Shown here: in pieces, positions 17,862 through 27,582 of the stretch
Position numbering within the stretch: the stretch's first letter is position 1
How the letters are laid out: every line of letters begins with the position of its first letter
From: an uncultured Clostridia bacterium
Lineage (GTDB): Bacteria > Acidobacteriota > Blastocatellia > UBA7656
Assembly: GCA_964615905.1 (NCBI GenBank)
Contig: CAZTUB010000007.1
Span: 259,043 to 323,042 of the forward strand
Direction of reading: 5' to 3'
Length of the DNA stretch: 64,000 nucleotides
Notes under the pieces: model-generated
What the model was told of the DNA's origin: nothing
What the model saw: the letters and a program-made list of their open reading frames with translations, nothing else
The model's database searches: none
Position numbers and translations under genes: made by a program

Positions 17862-19967
17862 CTACTCGATCACAAAATCCGTGCTCCTTTCCAGCTTAAT
17901 CTTTCCTCTCTCTCCAGACAAGTTGACAATAAGCATGTAGCGGCCCCGCTCGGCCGGGAGCTTCAGCCGCGTTCCCTGTGTGGCCTGCCTGGAATCCTCG
18001 CCAGCTTTTGGCGGAGCGGTCGGCAGGTTGGCGTTTATCAGTATGCGGCCCTGCTCGTTTATTATGCGAACGCGCTGGACCACGGCCTGGATATACTGCG
18101 GCGGGTTGTATATGACGTAATGGAGGTCGGCTTCGACTCCGGGCTTAAAGCTGTTGTGGCCGTCAAAGCCTTTCTGACCGGGCGCGAGCAGAACAAGGCT
18201 GCTAAGCGCGGTCGATTTGCGGTCCCTGAGGTCAGGCACTTCAAAGAACTGGTAGGCGCTTCCGACAAGCCCCGTCGTCTTTTCTCTCATCACTGCTCGT
18301 ATCTGGTAGCTGCCCGGCGCAAGGTCGTAAAACTCTTTCACCATCACGAACCCCTGAGACTTGAGCTTGTCGCGGGCGCCGGGGTCGGCCTTCAGATCAT
18401 AGTTGAAAGTGTGCTCGACCGCGCCGACAGGGTTGTCCTTACCGGCGGCAAAGACGAGCATCACGACTTCATAAGAGGCCTTCTGCTCGGCCTCGGTCTG
18501 CGTGGGCAGCTTCAAATAGTTTCGACCGATATGAACCCCTGCTTGAATAATCTGGCGGCCTTCTCTCGGCACTACGTTGGCGACGACTTCGAGCGGAAGG
18601 TCTATTCGCGGGACGGGTGACAGAAGCGCGGCGAGCAGCTCCGCCCCTTTGCCCTTGCTGCTCTCTTCGTCCACATAGAAGTAGCCGTATTTTGTGCGGA
18701 CTATCAGGTCCGACCTCCCTTTTACAGTGACAGCCAGGCGGTGAAATCGGTTATCGGGCGGGGATGTGGGCGTGAACCCTAACACGTAGTATGCGCTGGA
18801 ATCTTCGACCGCTTTTTGAAGCCCTAAACTGAGGTTGTTGGTGTTGCTTATGATCTCGCCGCCCGTGCCGAGCGTCAGCGCGCGCGCCGCGCCCATGTTC
18901 TCAAAGTCCGTAAAAGTAACGCCTGAAGTCGACATCCTCGCGGCAAGACCCAGACCTGTTATCCGCTCGCTTGCCATAGGGCTTTGCGTGCGCAGCCCGC
19001 CCGCGTCAACCGTGTAGACGCTCACCCCGCTCCTCCTCGCTAGATCGACCAGACGGAGTAGCTGGCCGGATACGTCCTCTGACGTGCCGCTCGCGGTCAC
19101 TAACATCTCTGTGACGACGACGACAACTTTGCGACCGGGTAGCTCCGACATCGAGCGACAGAGGTTTTCGAGCGTCTTCATTGTGCTTCGGACGCCGAAC
19201 CCTATCTGGCGAACGACTGTCCGGGCCGTCTCTCTTATCATCGACTCAAGGGCCTCGGCGGGCATTAGTTGAAATGCGAGGTCGTCGTTGCTGATGCGCC
19301 TGACGACCGCGTCGAGCACCATCGAGTCGTTCGAGTCGATGCGAATCGCTTCGCCGGGGCTGAGGTTAACGCGCGGGTCGCGCGACCTTTCGAAGATGTT
19401 GACGCTCGGGCCTGAGCGGTTTATCGCCGCCAACAATCGCTGTTTGTCTGAGGTGAACTGCTGCATCCCCGCGACCCCGCCAGCGGTCGATGTGACGGCG
19501 ACGATGTCGGACGTGCTGACGCGAGTGTTGACGTATTCGGCGAGGGCCATTCGTGAGCGCAGAAGGTTTTCGCCCGACAGGTGCAGGTCATCAATCACGA
19601 TTGCGATGTACCGCCCACGAAATGGAGTGGCGAGCGGCGTTACGGTCACGCCGGGCATCGAGTCGTCATCGTTCGGGATCATAGCCGGCGCGCGTTCGCG
19701 GGTTGTGCGTTCGTCTATTGGCAGAAAGAAGTCCAGGGTCTGCGGAACCCCTTCGTCCATTACCTGAAAATCTTCGGACTTAAGCCCGTTGATCCGCCTC
19801 CCGGTTTTATCAGTGACGATCACGTCCATCTGAACGGCGGCAGTGCCGATCTTTATCGTATCCTTGTCTTGAGGGTTTGACTGGCTCGCCGGGTCCTGTT
19901 GTGACCAGGCCGGAAAAGCCTGCATGAGAGCCAGAAAGAGAGCGGCTAAAGATTTTAAAGCCATCAC
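17862..19967 (-). CDS. Secreted VWA domain protein, 'VWFA-related Acidobacterial domain' family (paralog 1)
   Basis: Signal peptide; N-terminal IKIGTAAVQMDVIVTDKTGRRINGLKSEDF block; a central VWA/MIDAS-like region. It is a ~50% identity paralog of the adjacent gene. Confidence 0.65.
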   Translation of the reverse strand: MMALKSLAALFLALMQAFPAWSQQDPASQSNPQDKDTIKIGTAAVQMDVIVTDKTGRRINGLKSEDFQVMDEGVPQTLDFFLPIDERTTRERAPAMIPNDDDSMPGVTVTPLATPFRGRYIAIVIDDLHLSGENLLRSRMALAEYVNTRVSTSDIVAVTSTAGGVAGMQQFTSDKQRLLAAINRSGPSVNIFERSRDPRVNLSPGEAIRIDSNDSMVLDAVVRRISNDDLAFQLMPAEALESMIRETARTVVRQIGFGVRSTMKTLENLCRSMSELPGRKVVVVVTEMLVTASGTSEDVSGQLLRLVDLARRSGVSVYTVDAGGLRTQSPMASERITGLGLAARMSTSGVTFTDFENMGAARALTLGTGGEIISNTNNLSLGLQKAVEDSSAYYVLGFTPTSPPDNRFHRLAVTVKGRSDLIVRTKYGYFYVDEESSKGKGAELLAALLSPVPRIDLPLEVVANVVPREGRQIIQAGVHIGRNYLKLPTQTEAEQKASYEVVMLVFAAGKDNPVGAVEHTFNYDLKADPGARDKLKSQGFVMVKEFYDLAPGSYQIRAVMREKTTGLVGSAYQFFEVPDLRDRKSTALSSLVLLAPGQKGFDGHNSFKPGVEADLHYVIYNPPQYIQAVVQRVRIINEQGRILINANLPTAPPKAGEDSRQATQGTRLKLPAERGRYMLIVNLSGERGKIKLERSTDFVIE

Positions 19968-19992
19968 GGGTCTCCCAAAGCTCGGAAATCTT

Positions 19993-20035
19993 GGCGGGGC
20001 GTCGTCCGGGCTGCGCAGCCCGGAATCGGCCCCGC
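19993..20035. repeat. GC-rich nested palindrome / stem-loop between the VWA paralogs
   Basis: GCGGGGC...CCGGGCTGCGCAGCCCGG...GCCCCGC; the inner element is a perfect 18-nt palindrome (20006-20023). Confidence 0.5.
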
Positions 20036-20051
20036 GTTTAGCTTTCTGCCC

Positions 20052-22154
20052 CTACTCGATTACGAAATCGGCGCGTCGTTCGAGATCGACTTTGCCCTTA
20101 TCGCCTTGCAAGGTTACAACCAGCGCGTAACGCCCGCGCATGGGAGGCAGCTTGAACTTGGTCCCCTGCGGCGCGGCAGTCGGGTCGGCCGCCTGCGCGG
20201 GGCCGATGCCGAGCGGGCTGTCGAACAGCACTTTCCCGGAATTCGAGTCGATCAGCTTCACCTGCTGTGTGTAGCCCTGAAGGCTCTTGGGCGGGTTATA
20301 GAGTACGTAGCGAATCTCCATCTCTTCACCCGGCTTGAAATTGTTGCTGCCGTCGAAGCCCGGCTGACCAGGCGTTTGAAGAATCAAGCTCGACAGCGCG
20401 GGGTACTTCTTATTTTTCAGGTCGGGGACTTCGAAGAACTGGTAGGCGGAGCCGAGCATCCCCGTCGCCCTCTCGCGGACCACTGCGCGGACCTGATAGC
20501 TGCCCGGCTCAAGCTGCGTGAATGTCTTCACGTATGTGAACCCATCGGTCTTTAGCTTCTGGCGCGCGTCAGGGTCTTTGGTGAAATCGTAGTTGACGGT
20601 CGTTCGCACTTCGCCCACGGGCTGGTCTTTCCCGGAAGCAAAGACGACCATCATAATGTCGTAGGCCGATGTCTGCTGGGGCGCGGTTGCGGCGGGTAGG
20701 CTCAAGTACCTGCGGCCCACGTGAAGCCCTGTCAGTATTGTCTGCTCTCCCTTTTCAGGAACCACGTTGGCGACTATATCGAGCCGCAGATCGGTTCGCT
20801 GGACAGGCGAGATGATAGCGGCGAGCATCTCGGTCCCTGTCCCTCTTGCCGTCTCCTCGTTAAGCGCGAGATACCCTTTGCGGCTTCTGACGATAAGGTC
20901 CGGCTTGCCTTTGACGGTGACGACCAGCCTGTGAAACTTGTTGTCGGGCGTGGCGGCCGGGGTGAACCCGACTACGTAATACGTGCTCGAATCCTCGACC
21001 GCTCTTTGAAGACCCGTGCCGAGGCTGTTGGTGTTTGCGATCACCTCGCCGCCCGTCGCAAGCGCGAGCGCGTGGGCTCCGCCGAGGTTCTGGAAGTCTG
21101 TATAAGCCGTGCTTGCGTCGCGGTTGCGCTGGTTGATAGCGGCAATCGAGCTGCGCTCGCTCGCCTGGGTGTTGCCCGCGCGAAGACCGCCCGCGTCGAG
21201 CGCGTAAATGCTTATGCCGCTCCGGCGAGCCCTGTCAATAACGCGGTTGACCTGCGAGGAAACGTCGTAATCGGTCCCGCCGGACGTGTAGAGTTGCTCC
21301 GTCATCAAGACGGCGATCTTGCGGCCGGGCAACTCGGCCATGCTCTTGAACAGAGAGTCGAGCGTGGCGAGAGTATTTCGCGTGGTCTGAGAAGATAAGG
21401 AGAGCAGGGTCCGAGATTCGATTCGCACCTGGTTCTCGATCATCTCTTTGGTCATCCCGGCGAAGGTGCTTTCGTCCTGCGCGAGCCGCGTAACGACCGT
21501 GTCGAGCATTTGCTGGTCGCCCTGGTCGATGCGCGCGGCTTCGGCAGGGGTAAGGTTCAACCTCGCGCTGTTCTTCTCGACTGCGCCTGTCTGCGCAGCT
21601 ATGCGATTGAGCGCGGCCAGCAACCGTTGCTTGTCGGTTGTGAACTGCTGCAAAGCGCCGAGGTACCCGCCCGTCGAAGTTATCGATACCATGTCTTCCG
21701 GGGAGACCTGCGTGTTTATATAATCGACCAGTGATTTTCGGGCCCTGTTGAAATTCTCAGGCGAGATATTGTATGTATCAAAAAGGAGTGCAATGAAGCG
21801 GCCTTGAAACGGCATGGCTAGCGGCGAAGCCTGAGCGCGAGCGGCCGCCGCGCCGCCCTGCGTGGCTGTGGCCGCAAGCTCTGTCCGCCCCTTTGAGCCT
21901 TCGAACGCATAGAAGAAGTCGATCTTCTGAGGCTGGCCTTCATCCGTCACTTCGAAATCGGCTGCGGTAAGCCCGTTTATTCGCCTCCCGGTCTTGTCTG
22001 TCACGATGACGTCGAGTTGAACGGATGATGTGGCGAGACGGATAGGCTCGTCCTGGGCCGGTTGAGCGGGCGGAGTCTGCGCAGGCTGTTGCGGGAAGAC
22101 CGTAACGACCTGCGTGAGGGAAAGGACTATTATCGTAAGGACTTTCAATATCAT
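20052..22154 (-). CDS. Secreted VWA domain protein, 'VWFA-related Acidobacterial domain' family (paralog 2)
   Basis: Same architecture and conserved blocks as 17862..19967 (IRLATSSVQLDVIVTDKTGRRINGLTAADF...; C-terminal ...LERRADFVIE versus ...LERSTDFVIE). Confidence 0.65.
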   Translation of the reverse strand: MILKVLTIIVLSLTQVVTVFPQQPAQTPPAQPAQDEPIRLATSSVQLDVIVTDKTGRRINGLTAADFEVTDEGQPQKIDFFYAFEGSKGRTELAATATQGGAAAARAQASPLAMPFQGRFIALLFDTYNISPENFNRARKSLVDYINTQVSPEDMVSITSTGGYLGALQQFTTDKQRLLAALNRIAAQTGAVEKNSARLNLTPAEAARIDQGDQQMLDTVVTRLAQDESTFAGMTKEMIENQVRIESRTLLSLSSQTTRNTLATLDSLFKSMAELPGRKIAVLMTEQLYTSGGTDYDVSSQVNRVIDRARRSGISIYALDAGGLRAGNTQASERSSIAAINQRNRDASTAYTDFQNLGGAHALALATGGEVIANTNSLGTGLQRAVEDSSTYYVVGFTPAATPDNKFHRLVVTVKGKPDLIVRSRKGYLALNEETARGTGTEMLAAIISPVQRTDLRLDIVANVVPEKGEQTILTGLHVGRRYLSLPAATAPQQTSAYDIMMVVFASGKDQPVGEVRTTVNYDFTKDPDARQKLKTDGFTYVKTFTQLEPGSYQVRAVVRERATGMLGSAYQFFEVPDLKNKKYPALSSLILQTPGQPGFDGSNNFKPGEEMEIRYVLYNPPKSLQGYTQQVKLIDSNSGKVLFDSPLGIGPAQAADPTAAPQGTKFKLPPMRGRYALVVTLQGDKGKVDLERRADFVIE

Positions 22155-22279
22155 TCTGCTACCTCTAGTTTTGGATTGATTGATGCGCTAGATGCCTGCC
22201 CTGACTTCCACTGCGCGGGCAGGACTAAAGAAGGTCGGCAGCCACCCCGTTCACCGCCGACCTTCGTATTAAAACCCGG

Positions 22280-23461
22280 CTAGAACGCCTCGACGATCAT
22301 GGCGATGCCCTGACCGCCGCCGATGCACGCCGTAGCGAGGCCGTACTTCTTGCCTCGTCGTTTCAATTCGTGCAGCACCGTGAGAACGAGCCTCGTGCCG
22401 GAAGCAGCCAGCGGGTGACCGAGCGCGATGGCCCCTCCGTTTACATTTGTGCGCTGGCGGTCGAGGCCAAGCTCGCGCTCGACTGCGATAAACTGGCCTG
22501 CGAACGCCTCGTTGACTTCGACCAGGTCCATCTGGTCGAGGCCGAGCCCGGCCGCTTCAAGCGCCTTGCGCGAAGCGGGGACTGGGCCGATGCCCATGAT
22601 CTCAGGCGGGACCCCCGCGATGCCCCAGGAGACTATGCGCCCAAGCGGCTGGGTTTCGAGCCTTCGGGCAGTATCTTCATCTGCGATGACAACCACGGCT
22701 GCGCCGTCGACAATTCCCGACGCGTTGCCCGCTGTAACAAAGCCGTCTTTTGAGAAAGCGGGCTTGAGTTTTGCGAGCCCTTCGATTGTGGTGTCGGGAC
22801 GAAGGTGGTCGTCACGCTCAAAAAGCGTCGTTCCCTTGCGGGTCTTTATTTCGACAGCGACCACTTCATCCGCCAGGCGGCCTGACTCCCAGGCTTCAGT
22901 TGCGCGCTTCTGGCTCAGCAGCGCGAACTCGTCTTGCTCGTCGCGTGAAATATCGTGTTTGCGCGCGAGGTTTTCAGCCGTCTGCGCCATGTAATACCCG
23001 CAATGTGTGTCGAGAAGGGCGACCATCAGCGAGTCTTCGAGCTTGCCTTCGCCGAGCCTGTAACCCCATCGCGCGCCGCGTAAGACGTGCGGAGCCTGGC
23101 TCATCGACTCCATCCCGCCCGCGAGCACAGTGCTTGCTTCGCCAAGCTGTATCATCTGCGCGCCAGAGATGATCGACTGAATCCCTGAGCCGCAGAGCCT
23201 GTTGACCGTAAGAGCGGGCTTGTCGATTGCCACGCCCGCTTTGAGCGCGACGTGGCGCGCCCCGTAAATCGCATCGCCCGATGTTTGGAGCGCGTTGCCG
23301 ATAACCGTGTGATCTACCATGTCGGGCGCGACCCGGCTGCGCTCCATCGCTGCGCGCGCGGCTATCGCCCCAAGCTCGATTGCCGACAGGTCGCGAAGCT
23401 CCCCGCCGTACTCACCCATAGGCGTTCTCGCGCCGCCCAGTACAAGAATCTCTTTCGCCAT
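22280..23461 (-). CDS. Acetyl-CoA C-acetyltransferase (thiolase II)
   Basis: Thiolase signature regions: NRLCGSGIQSI (active-site Cys) and the C-terminal NVNGGAIALGHPLAASGTRLV...ACIGGGQG. The start is probably MAKEIL. Confidence 0.9.
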   Translation of the reverse strand: MAKEILVLGGARTPMGEYGGELRDLSAIELGAIAARAAMERSRVAPDMVDHTVIGNALQTSGDAIYGARHVALKAGVAIDKPALTVNRLCGSGIQSIISGAQMIQLGEASTVLAGGMESMSQAPHVLRGARWGYRLGEGKLEDSLMVALLDTHCGYYMAQTAENLARKHDISRDEQDEFALLSQKRATEAWESGRLADEVVAVEIKTRKGTTLFERDDHLRPDTTIEGLAKLKPAFSKDGFVTAGNASGIVDGAAVVVIADEDTARRLETQPLGRIVSWGIAGVPPEIMGIGPVPASRKALEAAGLGLDQMDLVEVNEAFAGQFIAVERELGLDRQRTNVNGGAIALGHPLAASGTRLVLTVLHELKRRGKKYGLATACIGGGQGIAMIVEAF

Positions 23462-23712
23462 TTTTCTCCCCAAGCAATTTAGAATGTAAACGGACTTTTG
23501 AAATCAGCCTCCCGCCCGGCACGAGCGAGAGCGTTTCGGATCGGTATCCAAAATCAGACTGGCGATACCTGCTTGATTCTGGAAGCTGATTGCTGACTAT
23601 AAACTTACCAGAATTCGTTTATACCAATCAATCAAAGAACAGTTTGAAAGGTCTTTGTTGCAAAGAGAATTGTCGGCAGCCGCCGGCCGCTCAAAGGTGA
23701 AACAGCGGTTGG

Positions 23713-23741
23713 TTGTCAACCGTATAGCTTTCCGTTAAAAT
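23713..23741 (+). promoter_or_regulatory. Sigma70-type promoter upstream of the ctp-like gene
   Basis: TTGTCA (23713-23718), 17-nt spacer, TAAAAT (23736-23741). Confidence 0.45.
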
Positions 23742-23827
23742 CAGAAATGTAAAAGTCTAGGCCACGCGCTAGCGCAGGGTGTCCGACGACTTTGCTCCTG
23801 ATGTTATTACCGAGGAGAGACTCAAAG

Positions 23828-25483
23828 ATGAAACCACGGAAACGGTACTGGTTGCTGGTGGCGGCACTTATTATGCCCCTCACGTTCGCCGGGGCGCACC
23901 CCGGACAGCGCGTGATGGGTCAGAACGGCGATGAAGCTACTAACCGTCAAAAGATCGCCGAAGATTATGCGAGGGCTTTGCTCGTAGCGAAAGACAACTA
24001 CGCGGGTACAATAGATTTTGACAGGCTGAACAAGTCGTCTATTTTAGGGATGCTTCATCAGCTCGACCCGCACTCTTCCTACTTCGACCGTAAAGAGTGG
24101 GAGTCCTTCATGAACGATCAGCGCAGTCGTTATTCCGGCATCGGCGCGACGATTGCCCAGCGCAACAATGTCGTCTATGTGATGTCGCCTTTTGCCGGAA
24201 CGCCCGCGCACAAGGCGGGCATCCGCTACGGCGACCAGATCGTGGCAATCGACAACGAATCGACCGAAGGGTGGACGTCGACGCAGGTATCGGGCAAGCT
24301 GCTCGGACCCGAAGGCACTCAGGTGACGGTAAAGATAGCGCGCCTGGGCGTCAGCCAGCCCATCGAGTTCAAGATCACCCGCGCATCGGTCCCGCTTCCT
24401 TCGATTGCCAACTATTACATGCTCCCCGGCGGCGTCGGCTATATCAATCTTCAACGCGGCTTCAACACGACCACACACGAAGAGATGAAGAACGCCTTGC
24501 AGGAGCTGCGCGACCAGGGGATGACTTCGCTCGTCCTGGACCTGCGCGGCAACCGTGGCGGGCTTGTCGATCAGGCCTGGAAAGTCGCGAACATCTTCCT
24601 TTATAAGGGACAGAAAGTAGTATCAATGCGGGGCCGCCCAGGCGTCTTCCCGCCGGTTGACCGGTCGGCCTTCAACAATAACCCGGATGATTACCCGATT
24701 GTCGTCTTGATAAACGGCGGCTCGGCATCGGCCGCCGAGATCGTCGCCGGAGCGCTGCAAGATCACGACCGCGCGCGGCTGGTTGGCGAAAACAGCTTCG
24801 GCAAGGGGCTTGTGCAAAATGTCTTCCCGCTTTCGGACGGCTCAGGGCTTACGCTTACGACCGGCAAGTATTACACGCCGAGCGGGCGGCTGATACAGCG
24901 CGAATACGAAGGGCGCTCGTTCTACGACTATTACCTGCAACGTGGCGATAAGGAAGCTGTCCACAAGACCGAAGAGAAGACGACCGATTCGGGTCGCAAG
25001 GTCTACGGCGGCGGCGGCATCGACCCCGATGTCGAGGTAAAGTACCCGGCCAGGGATATTGAAGTCACGCGGACCTGGCTTGAGCCGACGTTCCAGTTTG
25101 CCCGCGCGCTCGTGGCGGGCCAGGTGCCGGGTCTTTCCGAGTACAAGATCGACCGCGCGGCTGACCACTCGCACGTTCTCAAACCCGAAGAGTACGTCAT
25201 AAGCGACAAGGCTCTGGCGGCGTTTAAGAACTTCCTGCGCGAGCGCAAAGACCTGAGGGTGGACCCGGCTCGCGTCGATAAGGATGCTGCATATCTCAAG
25301 CGGCAGCTCCGTTACGAAGTGGTGACGGCGGCCTACGGGCAGGAAGTAGCCTATCAGGTGCAGCTCGAAGGCGACCTTCAGATGCAGCGCGCGATTCAGG
25401 AGGTGCCGAAGGCAAAGGTCATGGCCGACGACATACGGCGCATTCGCGCCTCGGCGCGCGGCGGCGAGCCTCGCAGGGACTAG
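23828..25483 (+). CDS. ctp: S41-family C-terminal processing peptidase (tail-specific protease) with PDZ domain
   Basis: Signal peptide; PDZ region (GIRYGDQIVAIDN); catalytic blocks LDLRGNRGG and LINGGSASAAEIVAGAL; GKGLVQ. Confidence 0.85.
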   Translation: MKPRKRYWLLVAALIMPLTFAGAHPGQRVMGQNGDEATNRQKIAEDYARALLVAKDNYAGTIDFDRLNKSSILGMLHQLDPHSSYFDRKEWESFMNDQRSRYSGIGATIAQRNNVVYVMSPFAGTPAHKAGIRYGDQIVAIDNESTEGWTSTQVSGKLLGPEGTQVTVKIARLGVSQPIEFKITRASVPLPSIANYYMLPGGVGYINLQRGFNTTTHEEMKNALQELRDQGMTSLVLDLRGNRGGLVDQAWKVANIFLYKGQKVVSMRGRPGVFPPVDRSAFNNNPDDYPIVVLINGGSASAAEIVAGALQDHDRARLVGENSFGKGLVQNVFPLSDGSGLTLTTGKYYTPSGRLIQREYEGRSFYDYYLQRGDKEAVHKTEEKTTDSGRKVYGGGGIDPDVEVKYPARDIEVTRTWLEPTFQFARALVAGQVPGLSEYKIDRAADHSHVLKPEEYVISDKALAAFKNFLRERKDLRVDPARVDKDAAYLKRQLRYEVVTAAYGQEVAYQVQLEGDLQMQRAIQEVPKAKVMADDIRRIRASARGGEPRRD

Positions 25484-25599
25484 TCGCTCGATCTTATTGA
25501 GCAGCGGGCCCGGTCTTTGGCCGGGCCTTTTTTATGGGATAGATTAGTCTCGGTCGAATCCTCCGGTCGTATGTTATACTAGGCGGACCGTAAGGCATT

Positions 25600-26823
25600 T
25601 TGGAGGCCTCCTTGAAACAGAGATCTTCCGAACAGGCAGAGCTATTAAAGCTATGGACGAAAGTGGTGATCCGCGTCCTGCTGGTGATCGGCCTGGTCAT
25701 CGTGGTCTTTTGGGCGCTATACGCTCTGCGCACAGTGCTGCTGCTTCTGGTCCTTTCGATCTTCTTCTGTTACATGATCGCCCCGCTCGTCCGAGTCTTC
25801 GAACAGCCCGTCTACGTATCGAATCGAGAGATCAGGTTGCCTCGCGGCGCGGCCATAATCGTCGTCTATGTGCTGATGGGCACGGTCTTTTATGTGGGGC
25901 TTCAACTGTTCCTGCCGATTCTCTGGCAGCAGGTCACAGACCTCGGCAACAACCTGCCGAACTATGTTCAGGGCGTGACAACATCGGTTAACAAGGCGTT
26001 TAACGACGCGAACGGGTGGGTGGGGCATCTGAAGCTTCCACAAAAATGGCGCGACTATCTGATAAGCCAGGCCAGCCACCTCGCAGAATCATTGCTCCTT
26101 TTTGTCGGCGTGCTTCTGCCGGGCGTATGGAGTTTTCTGCTCCGCCTGCCCTGGCTCATCCTGATTCCAGTGCTCTCGTTCTTCCTTTTGAAAGACGCTC
26201 CTTATTTCGAGCGCGCGGCTGTCGAGCTTGTCCCTGAGCGGTTGCAGAAACGGTTCCACTACCTCCTGCTCGACGTAAGCAAGACGATTGCCGCATACAT
26301 ACGCGCGCAGATAACGGCCTGCATAGCGGTCGGCGCGATAACGACTGTGGGCTTCGGGTTGATCGGCGTCCCTTACGCGGTGGTGCTCGGCGCGGTCTGC
26401 GCCGTCCTGGAATTTCTGCCGATGGTCGGGCCGCTTCTTTCTGCCGTCATAGTCTTTTCGATCTCGCTTACAATCTCGGTCAAGATGGCGTTTGTCGTGG
26501 CGTTGTTCCTGATAATACTTCGCATCGTGCAGGACTACATCATCTATCCGCGCATCGTGGGGCAGGGGATCAAGATGCACCCGCTCGTCGTCGTGCTTGC
26601 GATCTTTGGCGGGGCAGAGGTCGGAGGGCTGGCAGGCGTTTTCCTCGCAATCCCGTTCGTCGCGCTTTTGATCGTCGGCTATAACCATTTTCTCGCGTAC
26701 AAAGGATTGCGCGAGCTGAAGCCGACGGCGACCGGCAACCTGACGGTCATAGCTGTTGACGAAGCGCCTGATCGTGTTCCGCCTGAACCGGAAGTGAGCG
26801 CTTCAGGCTCGTTGAGAGACTAA
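25600..26823 (+). CDS. AI-2E family transporter (UPF0118/PerM-like) membrane protein
   Basis: Multi-TM protein with the conserved C-terminal block VLEFLPMVGPLLSAVIVF...IPFVALLIV typical of AI-2E transporters. Confidence 0.75.
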   Translation: MEASLKQRSSEQAELLKLWTKVVIRVLLVIGLVIVVFWALYALRTVLLLLVLSIFFCYMIAPLVRVFEQPVYVSNREIRLPRGAAIIVVYVLMGTVFYVGLQLFLPILWQQVTDLGNNLPNYVQGVTTSVNKAFNDANGWVGHLKLPQKWRDYLISQASHLAESLLLFVGVLLPGVWSFLLRLPWLILIPVLSFFLLKDAPYFERAAVELVPERLQKRFHYLLLDVSKTIAAYIRAQITACIAVGAITTVGFGLIGVPYAVVLGAVCAVLEFLPMVGPLLSAVIVFSISLTISVKMAFVVALFLIILRIVQDYIIYPRIVGQGIKMHPLVVVLAIFGGAEVGGLAGVFLAIPFVALLIVGYNHFLAYKGLRELKPTATGNLTVIAVDEAPDRVPPEPEVSASGSLRD

Positions 26824-26829
26824 CCTTTT

Positions 26830-27582
26830 ATGAGTAAATTGATAACAATCGCTGCATCGAAGGGCGGGACCGGCAAGACGACTACGACCTGGAATCTGGG
26901 CTTCGGGCTGGCGCTCGCCGGGGCTCGCGTGCTTCTTGTCGATTGCGACCCCCAGGATAATCTGAGGATCATCGCGGGGCTTGAAGCCAGCAAGGATTCT
27001 GTCGCGTCGGCTATAGATTCGGGCGCGGCGCGACCGGCCGAGCTGAGGGAAGGGATATGGGTGCTGCCGAGCGGTGGCCGCAGGCTCTTACAACTCATAC
27101 AGTCGTCCGACGGGCTCAGGACGATCACGACCCCGCTCAGGCGTGCTATCAGCAACTGGAACGAGGATGGCGTAGATTTTGTCCTCTTCGACTGCCCGCC
27201 GGAGTTTGGAAGGATGACCCAGGCGGCGCTGTCGCTTTCCGACTACCTGCTGATACCGTGCATATCGACGTGGCTCGGGCTGCGGTCAATCGACCAGATG
27301 GTCGAGTTTATAGACGCTCACGCGCGCGACGCACATATTGAAAGCGACCGGACCGGCGTTGTGATGACCTTTTACACGACGCGCCGCGCAGGGCCTGAGG
27401 CTGTCAGGCAGGAGGCAAAGAAGATATTTCGCAACCGCCTCTTGAAAACATTGATCCGCGAACGCACGGAGCTGGATTACTCGCAGGAAGCGCAAAAGTC
27501 TGTCTTTGAATATGCGCCTCACAGCGACGGGGCGCAGGATTACACATCGCTCGTCAAAGAGGTTATAAAACGGGTCGGCTAG
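26830..27582 (+). CDS. ParA/MinD-family P-loop ATPase (orphan, no adjacent ParB)
   Basis: Deviant Walker A KGGTGKTT at the N-terminus; hydrophobic Walker B (VLFDCPP). Confidence 0.8.
   Translation: MSKLITIAASKGGTGKTTTTWNLGFGLALAGARVLLVDCDPQDNLRIIAGLEASKDSVASAIDSGAARPAELREGIWVLPSGGRRLLQLIQSSDGLRTITTPLRRAISNWNEDGVDFVLFDCPPEFGRMTQAALSLSDYLLIPCISTWLGLRSIDQMVEFIDAHARDAHIESDRTGVVMTFYTTRRAGPEAVRQEAKKIFRNRLLKTLIRERTELDYSQEAQKSVFEYAPHSDGAQDYTSLVKEVIKRVG

Noticed and set aside
20721-21398. 225-aa + strand ORF (also 18120..18620 +, 19288..19767 +) inside the VWA genes
   Set aside because: Antisense artefacts; the VWA frames are supported by paralog conservation.
23474-23791. Possible sRNA or small ORF in the 318-nt divergent region between thiolase and ctp
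   Set aside because: Only a plausible sigma70 promoter for ctp was found; there is no convincing hairpin/terminator pair or RBS-led small ORF.
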